A DNA stretch of 56,357 nt from a candidate division WOR-3 bacterium (GTDB lineage: Bacteria; Hydrothermota; Tepidihabitantia; Tepidihabitantales; JAOUPE01): contig JBDRUX010000003.1 of NCBI GenBank assembly GCA_039801565.1, positions 1 through 56,357 of the forward strand, in the 5' to 3' direction. Under the pieces are notes generated by a model, which made no database searches, was not told the DNA's origin, and saw only the letters and a list, made by a program, of their open reading frames with translations. The position numbers were made by a program, and so were the translations under genes. Shown one piece after another: positions 42,785 to 52,455 of the stretch (positions within the stretch are counted from its first letter, which is position 1; each line of letters begins with the position of its first letter).

Positions 42785-45700
42785 ATGCTAAAAACAAAGT
42801 TTTGGGCGATTGGGTTATTTTTATTATCTACCATTTCGCTTGCCCAGACCGGAGCAAGATATTTAGTCATTGCCCACGACACTTTTGTTGATGCGATAAG
42901 ACCGTTAGTTGAATGGAAAACAAAAAAGGGAGTAAAGGCAGTTTGTGTGCCCCTATCCCAAATTGGTGCAACGCCCGATCAAATTAAATCTTATATTCAG
43001 AACGCTTATAATAATTGGAATCCGCAACCCGAATATGTCCTTTTAGTTGGTAGTCCAAATTTATTACCCTCTTATAATAATGCCTTTGATGATTACTATG
43101 CGGATATGACTGGTAATTATCAAATTGAACTTTGCATTGGTCGTTTCCCTTGTCCAACTGTTGCGAAGTGCAGTGTTATGGTTGCAAAAACAATCGGTTA
43201 TGAGAAAAGTGAAACGATGCACGATTCAACTTGGTTTATAAAAGGGACAACAATTGTTAGAGAAGATGTGCCACCCGACCCTTATTACCAGTCCGATTGT
43301 CGCTATATTCGTAACCTTTGGCTGAATTATGGCAACTATATCCACGTTGATAGTTTCCTCTCAACTCAAGGACATAATCAGGATAGCGTTATCAATGCCA
43401 TTAATAACGGACGAGCGTTTGTTGTTTTTCGAGGTCAATCAGTGGGTTCTTGGTATTGGCCATTCAATGTAAATCCTAATTTAACTAATAATGGCTATAA
43501 ATTGCCAATTGTCGTGTCTGGCACCTGTGCTACAATAACTTTAGCACCTAATGAAGCAATGCTTGGTGATTCTTTTTTACGAGTTGGCACAGTTCAAAAT
43601 CCTAAAGGTGCAGTTGGATTCTTCGGTACAAGCCAAGTTGGAAGCAATATTTCTCAATATCGAGGAGCCGTAACCAGGGGTTTCTTTCGCGCCCTTTACG
43701 AAGAGAATATCTTTACAATGGGTGGTGCTGCAAAACGGGGAAAGTTTATTATGGATTCATTATATCCTAATCAAACCAGATACCGGGAATGGAATCTTTT
43801 AGGTGACCCTGAACTTAATGTTTGGACCAGCCAGCCAAAAAAATTAACCGTGGTTCACGATACAATTTTATTTCTCCAACCGACAATTTTCCCAGTAACA
43901 GTCAGTTGCAGTGGTGCCCCAGTCAATCAGGCTTTAGTCTGCGTAATGATGGACAGCACCATCTATGCTTATGATTATACCGACAGTACCGGTAGTGTTG
44001 TCTTTTCCATTACCCCACAACATCCCGGCACCCTTGCTGTGACGGTAACCGCTCACAACCGTTTCCCCTACGAAGGCAGTGCTAATGTCATTCTTCGGGA
44101 TGTAGGAGTAACTGAGATTGTCGTGCCCCAAGGGATAACCGATTCAACTAACCCAATTATCCCCCAATCGCGGGTGAAAAATTACGGAACTACGATCGAA
44201 ACTTTTAACATCACATTCCGAATTGGCACTACTTATTATCAGACTCGGTCTAAAACTTTAGGTCCCGGAGTCGAAGATACTGTAAATTTTTCGCCCTGGA
44301 CTCCAACTCGAGGTAGTTACTTAGTACGCTGTAGTACCCATTTAGTTGACAACAATCCGACAAATGATACTCTTTCGGCTCTAGTAATAGTTCGAGTTTT
44401 TGATGTTGGCGTAAGCCAAATCATCGCTCCAAGTGGCCATATAAGTTCGGGTGTGCTGGTTTTGCCGACCGTAAGGGCTACTAATTATGGTACCGAGATT
44501 CAAACCTTCCCAGTATATTTTCGAATTTGTTCTTCTCAGGATACAATTTATTCCGATGACACAACTGTAACTATTGCTGGAAACCAAAATGCTACACTTT
44601 ATTTTTCTCCCTGGCTTTCGCAACCAGGTTTTTACCATTCATTTGTTTGCACTGCTCTTGGCGGTGATTTTAATCCTACTAATGACACCTTATCCAATAA
44701 TTTCACCGTGGGGGAAGCCGGTTGGCAACGATTAGCCGATGTGCCAACCACGCCATCCGGTCAACCCTTAAAAAATGGTTCTTGCCTCGCCCCATTGGCT
44801 GGGAAAATTTATCTGCTAAAGGCAAACAATACATCCGACTTTTATTGTTTTACCCCAAATTCGACCATTGGCAATTGGACTCCGCTTAAGAGTATACCAT
44901 TAGGGACAAAAGAAAATGGCGAAGGTAAAAATCCCAAGAAAGGCGCAGCAATGACCGCTTCCAACGATGCGGTCTATGTGCTTCGTGGGAACAATACCTC
45001 TGGTTTCTGGCGCTACACTCCATTTGATGATAACTGGCAAAAATTAAAAGATATACCAGCTGGTAGCACCAATCCTAAGGACGGTTCAGGATTAGTTTAT
45101 GTCAATAAAAATGGTGAAAACTGTATTTTCGCAATGAAAGGTTCCAAGACAACCGAGTTCTACCTTTATTTCATCAATGGTGATAGTTGGCGACAATTAC
45201 CACCACCAAGCACTGGTGCCAGTGGTAAACCAGGTTATTCCAAAGGTTCCTGTCTTGCCTATAACGGCGACAGTTTGGTTTATGTGCTTAAAGGTAATTA
45301 CGGCGATTTCTTCCAATATAACCTTCTAACCAATCAGTGGACTGAATTGAGAAGACTTGACCCAAAAGTTTTCCTAAACCGTGAAAATAAGAAGAAAAAG
45401 GTGAAAGACGGGGCGGGTCTGGTTTATTTTAACGGTGCAATTTATCTTATGAAAGGTGGTAACACTAATGAGTTTTGGCAATATCACATTGATGACAATA
45501 CCTGGCTTCAGATGAATCCGGCTGAAATATGGGATATTCCAATGGGTGGTGGTAAAAAAGTTAAATCCGGTGGTGCGCTATGTGTCTTGGATAATTTCTT
45601 TTATGCCACCAAAGGTAATAAGACCTGTGAGTTTTATCGGCACGGACCACCAATACACCCACAAGCGACTAAACTAAATGTACCCATCAGCATAATGGGT

Positions 45701-45967
45701 AATAAATTGCCTACCGACAAAATCGCACTAATGATAACACCCAATCCAGCAAAAAATGTGGTAACAATCAAATCTGAAATCGCCACTACCCAGCCGGTTA
45801 AAATCAAGTTTTATCGGGTTACCGGCGAATTAGTTGATTTTAAGACTTGCTACTCTCAGGGTAACTTCTATATAATCAACATCTCGCTTTTACCGAGTGG
45901 TATCTATTTCTTGCAAATCGAGACGGGAAAAACCACAGTTAACCGAAAATTGGTTATCGAAAAGTAA
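42785..45967 (+). CDS. Peptidase C25 (gingipain-like) family protein with CARDB-like repeats, a six-unit propeller-like repeat region and a T9SS C-terminal sorting domain
   Basis: Signal peptide. YLVIAHDTFVDAIRPLVEWKTKKG and DDYYADM...CIGRFP C25 pattern. DVGV...NYGT repeats. Six KG-N/T-x-EF-W/Y-x-Y repeats. The C-terminus is ITPNPAKNVVTI...GIYFLQIE. Confidence 0.8.
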   Translation: MLKTKFWAIGLFLLSTISLAQTGARYLVIAHDTFVDAIRPLVEWKTKKGVKAVCVPLSQIGATPDQIKSYIQNAYNNWNPQPEYVLLVGSPNLLPSYNNAFDDYYADMTGNYQIELCIGRFPCPTVAKCSVMVAKTIGYEKSETMHDSTWFIKGTTIVREDVPPDPYYQSDCRYIRNLWLNYGNYIHVDSFLSTQGHNQDSVINAINNGRAFVVFRGQSVGSWYWPFNVNPNLTNNGYKLPIVVSGTCATITLAPNEAMLGDSFLRVGTVQNPKGAVGFFGTSQVGSNISQYRGAVTRGFFRALYEENIFTMGGAAKRGKFIMDSLYPNQTRYREWNLLGDPELNVWTSQPKKLTVVHDTILFLQPTIFPVTVSCSGAPVNQALVCVMMDSTIYAYDYTDSTGSVVFSITPQHPGTLAVTVTAHNRFPYEGSANVILRDVGVTEIVVPQGITDSTNPIIPQSRVKNYGTTIETFNITFRIGTTYYQTRSKTLGPGVEDTVNFSPWTPTRGSYLVRCSTHLVDNNPTNDTLSALVIVRVFDVGVSQIIAPSGHISSGVLVLPTVRATNYGTEIQTFPVYFRICSSQDTIYSDDTTVTIAGNQNATLYFSPWLSQPGFYHSFVCTALGGDFNPTNDTLSNNFTVGEAGWQRLADVPTTPSGQPLKNGSCLAPLAGKIYLLKANNTSDFYCFTPNSTIGNWTPLKSIPLGTKENGEGKNPKKGAAMTASNDAVYVLRGNNTSGFWRYTPFDDNWQKLKDIPAGSTNPKDGSGLVYVNKNGENCIFAMKGSKTTEFYLYFINGDSWRQLPPPSTGASGKPGYSKGSCLAYNGDSLVYVLKGNYGDFFQYNLLTNQWTELRRLDPKVFLNRENKKKKVKDGAGLVYFNGAIYLMKGGNTNEFWQYHIDDNTWLQMNPAEIWDIPMGGGKKVKSGGALCVLDNFFYATKGNKTCEFYRHGPPIHPQATKLNVPISIMGNKLPTDKIALMITPNPAKNVVTIKSEIATTQPVKIKFYRVTGELVDFKTCYSQGNFYIINISLLPSGIYFLQIETGKTTVNRKLVIEK

Positions 45968-46014
45968 AATCTTCTTGGTTATCAGTCTATATTGTTAGTT
46001 GGTAGCCCTAAAAA

Positions 46015-46470
46015 CTAACCATTGCCTTCCTTCTTAAGATATCGGCTAATGCGATTCTTCATATCCTCATAATGGGTGCCCCGCCAATAAATCTTTTGAC
46101 AATTAGGACAAAAATAGAAGCGGTCCTGGGTTTGATAGACATAAAAAGGGACCAATAATTTTACGCTCACCTTTTCTCTTTCGATAAGTAAAGAATTACA
46201 ATCAAGACAACGCTGCAATGGTTCGATTGGTAAATCAGGAAATGCGTTGAGAATCTGTCGAACTTGTTCAATCATTTTTTCGCTGGCAATAAAGACGACC
46301 CCTTCTTTATCTTTCAATTTTGTGTTACGGGTTAAGAAGAGTCGGCCCATTCGCTTGGCATTTTGCCATAATCGCTCGGAATCAGGTTCCCGGGTATAGG
46401 CACAATCAATCCCTAATAATCGCAATTCGCGAGCCAATTTCCCTAACATAAAATCTGCCCAAAATTGCAT
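46015..46470 (-). CDS. Mut7-C RNase domain (PIN-like plus zinc ribbon) protein
   Basis: FWADFMLGKLARELRLLGIDCAY N-terminus. C-terminal CLDCN...CPNC zinc ribbon. Confidence 0.7.
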   Translation of the reverse strand: MQFWADFMLGKLARELRLLGIDCAYTREPDSERLWQNAKRMGRLFLTRNTKLKDKEGVVFIASEKMIEQVRQILNAFPDLPIEPLQRCLDCNSLLIEREKVSVKLLVPFYVYQTQDRFYFCPNCQKIYWRGTHYEDMKNRISRYLKKEGNG

Positions 46471-46623
46471 AATTTTATTTTATTGGGTTTGACGCCAATT
46501 GCAAGCCAAAATAATCTTTGTAAACCAGAAAAGTTATCTTAATTTCCTAAGGTCATGCAAAATTCTTGACAACAAAGAAATTTTGAGTATAATTATTTGC
46601 GTAGTAGTAAACAGGAGGGTAAA

Positions 46624-46986
46624 ATGGAGGGGTTTCATCGGTTAGAATGGATGGACTACTATGTCACCGAAAAAGCACCGGGTGTTTATCTCCTTTCCAA
46701 CGACGGTGAAGTAGTTTTGGATATTGGTCGTTCTGATATTGATGTTGGGCAGGAACTAAAAGCGTTAGTCAATACGCCGCGCGGTATTGATTCGAAATAC
46801 GCCTACTTCTGGTTTTCGTACGCTAATAATCCTTTTGAAGCTTTTAACCTCCATTGCAAACTTTGGCACCGTTTTCGTCGAAGTAACGGCAATTTTGATA
46901 CCCATCCGCGACCACCGCAAGGCGAAAATTGGCCCTGTCCGGTTGATGGATGCGAATTTAATGAACCAAGGAAAGACGAGATTTAA
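46624..46986 (+). CDS. Hypothetical protein with weak GIY-YIG-like N-terminus
   Basis: GGAGGG lies 4 nt before ATG 46624. GVYLLSNDGEVVLDIGRSD resembles a GIY-YIG strand pair. The function is not supported further. Confidence 0.4.
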   Translation: MEGFHRLEWMDYYVTEKAPGVYLLSNDGEVVLDIGRSDIDVGQELKALVNTPRGIDSKYAYFWFSYANNPFEAFNLHCKLWHRFRRSNGNFDTHPRPPQGENWPCPVDGCEFNEPRKDEI

Positions 46987-47073
46987 TAAAAAAAGAATAA
47001 AATCGCAATAAGGTAAAAATTTAACTGCTGCTCCGTCTTGATTTAGAACTAAAATCGGATAGAATAGGTATTA

Positions 47074-48264
47074 GTGCTTTTCTTAAAATCGTCCTGTGCC
47101 AATTCGTCCCGCCTAATTTTATTTGCCTTTTTATGGCTCATTGTTATTAGTTGCCGCCCGGTAGTAAAACCAGTCCAATTTCCGGCTGAGCCAAAAGTTC
47201 GGGTCGCTTTGCTCACCGACCAGGAAAGAGTTGCGATAACCGCGACTGCACCTTTTACTATCCATTCCGGCGCAAAGAAAAAAACAGTTAAAATGGGCGC
47301 AATCTGCCGAATTTCTTATCTTAATACGATTACTGTCCAAGGTGCAATCTGGCTAAAAAATGCGGTTTTTCCTATTCAAATCAAACCCGAAGCCGATGGT
47401 TATGTTTCAGTTAGCAATCGAATTTATCGCGGCTACTTGGAGATAAGAAAAAATCCTGCTGGCAAACTAACTGTAATTAACATCCTGCCTTTAGAACAAT
47501 ATCTTTTCGGGGTTGTGCCGTGCGAGATTGGTGGACTCAAGGAGGCAACCTTTGAAGCTGGCAAGGCACAAGCGATTGCGGCACGCAGTTACACAATTAG
47601 CCATTTTGGTTGGTTTTCCCATTTGGGATTTGATGTCTTTGCCACTTACCAGCGTGACCAAGAATATCGTGGCAAAGGGGCTGAGACGGAAATGACCAAT
47701 AAGGCGGTTCTTGCTACTTATGGTATAGTTGCGCTATATCGTAATAAAGTGATTGAGGCGAAATACCATTCTACCTGCGGTGGTCATACGATTGGCGGTA
47801 AGGCGCCTTATCTAAAAGCGCTGCCGGATACACCATACCATCGTAAAGGCAAAACTCCTTTTTGTCGCGATTCCCCCCATTACAATTGGCGTAAGAGTAT
47901 TGGGGTAAAGACTTTTCTTTCGATTATGGCAAAGACAATTCCCAATTTTAATCCGAAAGCGAAAATTACTGCGATTCGTTTAAAAAAAGACCGCCGCACC
48001 CAACGCAATCAATGGGTAAAGATTTTTACCAATCGTGGCAGATACCAAATAAAATCCGAACTTTTCCGACAAGCCTTAGAGTTGAAAACAAATTTCTACT
48101 CGGTTACCTTAAGCCGGCGGGCGATAAATATTACCGGGCACGGTTTTGGACATGGCATTGGATTATGTCAATATGGTGCATTGGGAATGGCAAAAAGAGG
48201 TTATAAATGTGAAGAGATTATTAAACATTATTATCCAGGCACAAAACTGCAAAAAATCTATTAG
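47074..48264 (+). CDS. SpoIID/LytB-domain protein (cell-wall amidase enhancer-like), probable lipoprotein
   Basis: EAGKAQAIAARSYT and YHSTCGGHT motifs. Leader ends in VISC. Confidence 0.75.
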   Translation: MLFLKSSCANSSRLILFAFLWLIVISCRPVVKPVQFPAEPKVRVALLTDQERVAITATAPFTIHSGAKKKTVKMGAICRISYLNTITVQGAIWLKNAVFPIQIKPEADGYVSVSNRIYRGYLEIRKNPAGKLTVINILPLEQYLFGVVPCEIGGLKEATFEAGKAQAIAARSYTISHFGWFSHLGFDVFATYQRDQEYRGKGAETEMTNKAVLATYGIVALYRNKVIEAKYHSTCGGHTIGGKAPYLKALPDTPYHRKGKTPFCRDSPHYNWRKSIGVKTFLSIMAKTIPNFNPKAKITAIRLKKDRRTQRNQWVKIFTNRGRYQIKSELFRQALELKTNFYSVTLSRRAINITGHGFGHGIGLCQYGALGMAKRGYKCEEIIKHYYPGTKLQKIY

Positions 48265-48282
48265 CTACGGTTTCAGTTAACG

Positions 48283-48825
48283 TTAAGGAATTAGGACAGC
48301 AGCCGCGATTACAGTGGTCCACCAGCCACGTTTATCACCAATTGCAGTTTGAGTAATATTAAGGGTGCGCACAATTTTGCCGGAGATTTTCCAAATCGCC
48401 TTACGTTCATCATAACTGACATTCGGGTCAAATTCAACTCCTAAGGTAGTGGCTAACATTTGGGCAGCTAAATCCTCAGCGTATTCGCCAGCCTTCTCAT
48501 CGGTCTCACCAAACGAATGGTATTCGGAGAGATAACCGTATTGATTCTTTTCCTTAGGAACCGCCACACCAATTGAAGCGGCAATGAGGCGATGGGGTTC
48601 ATTCGTCTCATTTTGACTTAAGACCACATAGATAATTTCGCCAGGAGAAAGATATTGCAGTCCTTTACTCTTGGAGATAACCCTTGCCCCGGGTGGAAAG
48701 ATACTTGAGACCCGGACAATATTATAAGAAGCGATATGAGCATCGCGCAAGGCGGCTTCAAAACTGGAAAGGCGGTCACGGTGTCGACCAACACCCTTAG
48801 TTAAAAAGATTCGCTTTGGTATCAT
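48283..48825 (-). CDS. pdaD: Pyruvoyl-dependent arginine decarboxylase
   Basis: [14 protein letters not shown]...[11 protein letters not shown] with the Ser-Ser self-cleavage site. About 180 aa. Confidence 0.8.
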   Translation of the reverse strand: MIPKRIFLTKGVGRHRDRLSSFEAALRDAHIASYNIVRVSSIFPPGARVISKSKGLQYLSPGEIIYVVLSQNETNEPHRLIAASIGVAVPKEKNQYGYLSEYHSFGETDEKAGEYAEDLAAQMLATTLGVEFDPNVSYDERKAIWKISGKIVRTLNITQTAIGDKRGWWTTVIAAAVLIP

Positions 48826-48857
48826 TTTAAATTATCAAACCACCCCCTTATTAAAAA

Positions 48858-48930
48858 TGGAGCAGACCAGATTCGAACTGGCGACCTCCAGAGTGCGATT
48901 CTGGCGCTCTCCCAACTGAGCTACTGCCCC
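48858..48930 (-). tRNA. tRNA-Ala (anticodon CGC)
   Basis: The reverse complement folds as a 73-nt cloverleaf: GGGGCAG/CTGCTCC acceptor stem with G3:U70, D arm GCTC-AGTTGGGA-GAGC, anticodon arm CCAGA-ATCGCAC-TCTGG, T arm GCCAG-TTCGAAT-CTGGT, discriminator A. CCA is not encoded. Confidence 0.95.
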
Positions 48931-48952
48931 ATCCAATTCAATATCATACAGT

Positions 48953-49351
48953 TTACTTTTCACTTGTCAAATCTTTTTCAATTTTTACGACGAACTGTTT
49001 GATTTTAAGAAAATCCCCTAATTTGGCATCAACTTTACCGACGACCGTAACTGGTGCGGCTGGGATTATTTTATTGGTTGATGGACTTAATGGAGTTAAA
49101 CCAAGAAACAAACAGAGGGCATGACCTTCGGGCCAATAGGCGATATCACCCAACTTCACTTCGGTCACCGGTGCTTCATTTGCCATTTTGATCGGCGTGT
49201 AGAAATAAATCTCCTGACCCCAGGTCTCGCCACGACTTTGGAATGGCAGTATTCGATAAATTTCGGCAGCGGTATTAGTATCATTAAGTGTACCACGAAA
49301 AATCACCCCACCGATATTTATCTTAATGCGTTTCGGTTCAGAAATTTCCAT
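48953..49351 (-). CDS. Cyclophilin-like-fold protein (TM1367-like); function unknown
   Basis: IGGVIFRGTLNDTNTAAEI...GDIAYWPEGHALCLFLG matches the pattern of the small cyclophilin-like family by eye. Confidence 0.5.
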   Translation of the reverse strand: MEISEPKRIKINIGGVIFRGTLNDTNTAAEIYRILPFQSRGETWGQEIYFYTPIKMANEAPVTEVKLGDIAYWPEGHALCLFLGLTPLSPSTNKIIPAAPVTVVGKVDAKLGDFLKIKQFVVKIEKDLTSEK

Positions 49352-49477
49352 TTTATTGGATGGTATCTTAATTAAATTATTTTCTTTGTCAATATTTCGA
49401 TTTCGTCAAAAAAATTTTCCTAACAGCAAACCTTGAAATTGTTGTCTTGTTTAAAAGCAGATGAAATGATTACTCGA

Positions 49478-49627
49478 TTCATCCCTTTTGAATTAGGACG
49501 GTTCGGTAGGGAGCAATAAAACTCCAGACTTTAATCCTAACCAATCAGCAATTTCCTGTTGGGTCAAATTAGCCTCTTTTCATAACGCTTTAAACTTTTC
49601 CGCTATCTTTTGAAGAAAAACCAACAT
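49478..49627 (-). pseudogene. Remnant of an XRE-type HTH gene with an in-frame TGA
   Basis: The minus strand reads MLVFLQKIAEKFKAL*KEANLTQQEIADWLGLKSG... The TGA sits where such proteins usually have Arg (CGA). The sequence diverges after the HTH. Confidence 0.3.
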
Positions 49628-49718
49628 CACAAAAGGTTAGTTAAAACTAACACCAAAATCGAGCCGAATTTTCTTTTAACCTTTTGATATTTAAATATCT
49701 TATATTTAAGATTGCATT

Positions 49719-50037
49719 GGGAGGGGGTATAGCCTCGGGGCAACCCCGTAGGCTACCCCCTAAGCTACTCCGTAGATTGCTTAGGGAGTTGACTCAGAAG
49801 TAAGTTCGGAAGCTGGTAGGCGGGTTGGGGAGCGACTTCGTAAGCAACCTCGGAAGCGACTCGGCAGGCAACTTGGGAAGCAACCTCGGGAGCAAGCAGC
49901 GGGGCAGTTCCGTAGGCAACCTCGTAAGCAAGCCGGTAGGCTGGCATCTTTCCCAATTTCGAAATTCGAAATTCTAAATTCGAAATTCTTTAAGAAAGCC
50001 CCGTAGGCTACCTCGGGAGCTGGCTTGAGGGCTGGTA
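49719..50037 (-). repeat. GC-rich degenerate 12-bp tandem array (about 23 units) with an embedded heptanucleotide microsatellite; inverted relative to the 28.7 kb copy
   Basis: The plus strand reads cgtaagcaacct cggaagcgactc ggcaggcaactt gggaagcaacct cgggagcaagca. The reverse complement ends ...gtagcctacggggttgccccgaggctataccccctccc, like 28925-28970. Confidence 0.85.
49957..49988 (-). repeat. Heptanucleotide microsatellite (TTTCGAA on the minus strand, about 4.4 units, one variant) in a non-coding context
   Basis: The plus strand reads tttcgaaattcgaaattctaaattcgaaattc. The minus-strand 5' flank ggggctttcttaaagaa resembles gggctttttgaacctaag at 3015-3032. Confidence 0.9.
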
Positions 50038-50106
50038 CCTTTAATTCCGAATTGCTAATTTTCAATATCTAAACAAATTCCAATTTCAAAAACTCAAATG
50101 GTTATT

Positions 50107-50269
50107 TTAAAACCGGAAACTTTTTGTTTCGGTTCCTAATCGGAAGAAATAGATTCCAGGATTGATTCCTGTCAGCGATATTTGCATTTCGTTGTCATTG
50201 CGAACCAAAGGTGCAGAAATCTCTCCTTATCGATTTCCATGAGATATCAAGGATTTTTATTTCTTTCAC
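50107..50269 (-). pseudogene. Frameshifted remnant of a T9SS C-terminal sorting domain
   Basis: One minus-strand frame gives VKEIKILDISWKSIRRDF. Another gives MQISLTGINPGIYFFRLGTETKSFRF*. Compare IINISLLPSGIYFLQIETGK in the 42785 gene. Confidence 0.45.
50111..50134 (-). terminator. Imperfect hairpin plus T-rich tail downstream of mscS / the CTD remnant
   Basis: The minus strand reads aaccgaaac-aaaaa-gtttccggtt (one bulge), followed by ttaaaataa. Confidence 0.35.
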
Positions 50270-50312
50270 GGCTAACAAACCACGAATACAAATCACGGTT
50301 TTTGTCTCTTTG

Positions 50313-51164
50313 CTATTCGGATTTGGTATAGATTACTCTCCGCTCAAATGGAATCTCAATTCCCGCTTCGTCAAACGCTTTCTTAATTCTTAACCGTAAT
50401 TCCCGTTCCGCCTCCCATTGGGTTTGGGGCTTAACTTTAACAACAACTCGAACCACCACCCCGGATGAACCAAAATCTAAGATACCTTGCACCAAAGGTT
50501 CTTCTAAGACAATTTCTTTATTCTCATTCGCCCATTGCTTTGCCGTTTCTAATGCAACTGCCATCCCTTTCGTGGCATCCTGTTCGTAGGCAAGATTAAT
50601 ATTGACTATCGCCCGCATAAAGCCACGGTTGAAATTGCCAAATCGGGTGAGCTCACCATTAGGAATTACTCTTAACAGTCCAGAAAACTCTCGGAATTGA
50701 GTTGCTCGCAAACCAATACTTTCGACAACGCCACTTTCGTTACCAACCGTAATCACATCGCCAACACTAATTGTATCTTCAAAAAGCAGAAAGAAACCGG
50801 ATATGACATCCCTAACCAAAGTCTGGGCACCAAAACCAACCGCTAACCCAACAATTCCAGCACCAGCTAAAATTGCTGAATAATCAACCCCAATCTCATG
50901 TAGCACCATAATTAAGACAAAAAAGAAAATTATGTACTTCAAAAGGTTATTAATAAGTGGTAAAATGGTTCGAGTTCGCCGTGCTGCGGTTTCGTCTAAT
51001 TTCTTCTTAAAAAGTTTCCTAAGTGTCTTTGTGATAATTAGATAAATGGCAACTCCAATAGCAATGATGATAATAACATTAACCAATTTAACAAAATAGT
51101 TTACCAATCGCTCCGGCGAGAAAAATCTTTCTTTTAGATTCTCTAAAAACTTCTGCCAGACCAT
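50313..51164 (-). CDS. mscS: Small-conductance mechanosensitive channel (MscS family)
   Basis: Three TM helices, then GDVITVGNESGVVESIGLRATQFREFSGLLRVIPNGEL. Confidence 0.85.
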   Translation of the reverse strand: MVWQKFLENLKERFFSPERLVNYFVKLVNVIIIIAIGVAIYLIITKTLRKLFKKKLDETAARRTRTILPLINNLLKYIIFFFVLIMVLHEIGVDYSAILAGAGIVGLAVGFGAQTLVRDVISGFFLLFEDTISVGDVITVGNESGVVESIGLRATQFREFSGLLRVIPNGELTRFGNFNRGFMRAIVNINLAYEQDATKGMAVALETAKQWANENKEIVLEEPLVQGILDFGSSGVVVRVVVKVKPQTQWEAERELRLRIKKAFDEAGIEIPFERRVIYTKSE

Positions 51165-51222
51165 AATCTATTTTATCCCTTCGATCTTTTAAGTCAAGCG
51201 AACGAATGAGTAATCGGTAATC

Positions 51223-52455
51223 TCATAGATAGATTATATCGCCTTCATTGAATAAAGCTAAAAAGAGCAGTAGGTAATCACGGATCTGTCGGGTGATAAG
51301 AAAATTGTTCTTGATATGCTCTTTGCCATTTAAACCGAGTTTTTGGGCATAATTGGGTTCGTTGAGTAACTGTTTTAAGTAAAAGGCAGTTCCGTCAATA
51401 GAATAAGTTAAGATTCCGGAGTACTTGTGGGTAATTTGTAACGGAATTCCACCCACGGCCGAAGCAATCACTGGTTTCGCTTTCCATAATGCCTCGGTTA
51501 CTGTCAAGCCGAAACCTTCTTTTAACGATTTTTGCAAGATTACGGTTGAGGCACTTTGTAAGGCATTGATTTCAATATCACTGGCTGGCGGAAGAAAAAT
51601 AATATGAATATCTGGGTCATCGGCAGCGGCAGTTTTCACTTCCTCTAAAACTTTCATTCCTTCTGGATCATCGGTCGCACCGCCACCAGCCAGAACTAAT
51701 TGGCAATCAATATAGCTTTTCACTTTCTGGTAAACCTTTAACACGCCTAAAGGGTCTTTTAAATAATCAAAACGGGAAATTTGGGTTACAATTGGTCGGC
51801 CGGGGTCAATCCCAAAACGGTCAAGTACCGAATTAATTATCTCGGCTGATAGTTCTCTGTTTTTATCACTTAAAGGATCAATCGAAGGTGAAATTAATAC
51901 CTGAGGAATCTTTAAATTCCGAGAAAAAGCCGGCGCCGAGAAAACTGCACAATCGTAGCGCTCGATATAGGATTTTAAGAAATCCATAATATTTTTGTTC
52001 GGTTCAGTAAAATCAATGTGACATCGCCAAACCCATTTGCCCCCAATTCTTTCTTTGTTTTTGACCAAGGCGATTGGTTGTGGGTCATGGATAAATATTA
52101 TGTCGCCTGTTGAGTTTAATATCTCAAAATTCTCATTATTCACTTGTTGAAAATATTCTAAGTCCTCGGATGTTATCATAACTTCGACTCCGTGCAAAGC
52201 GTTGTGCATTTTTTTCGTGATACTAAAGAATTTCTCATTACCTTTTATCACATCCCATCGTGCGTCAACACCCAATTGTTTTAGAAGTGGAATGATTCGA
52301 GTTAAAATTTCAGCCACCCCACCACCAACCGCAGTCGAATTAATATTCTGAATCGTCTTACCCACCAGGCGTTGGGCTAAAAGATATAGTTCATCAATTA
52401 CTCCTTGTCCAACAATTGGCGCATAGTCGTTGATATCAAGCATATTTTTGGACAA
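51223..52455 (-). CDS. Family 4 glycosyltransferase (trehalose-synthase-associated GT-like)
   Basis: GT-B C-terminal E-x7-E region (SLKEGFGLTVTEALWKAKPVIAS). About 410 aa. Located in the trehalose operon. Confidence 0.7.
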   Translation of the reverse strand: MSKNMLDINDYAPIVGQGVIDELYLLAQRLVGKTIQNINSTAVGGGVAEILTRIIPLLKQLGVDARWDVIKGNEKFFSITKKMHNALHGVEVMITSEDLEYFQQVNNENFEILNSTGDIIFIHDPQPIALVKNKERIGGKWVWRCHIDFTEPNKNIMDFLKSYIERYDCAVFSAPAFSRNLKIPQVLISPSIDPLSDKNRELSAEIINSVLDRFGIDPGRPIVTQISRFDYLKDPLGVLKVYQKVKSYIDCQLVLAGGGATDDPEGMKVLEEVKTAAADDPDIHIIFLPPASDIEINALQSASTVILQKSLKEGFGLTVTEALWKAKPVIASAVGGIPLQITHKYSGILTYSIDGTAFYLKQLLNEPNYAQKLGLNGKEHIKNNFLITRQIRDYLLLFLALFNEGDIIYL

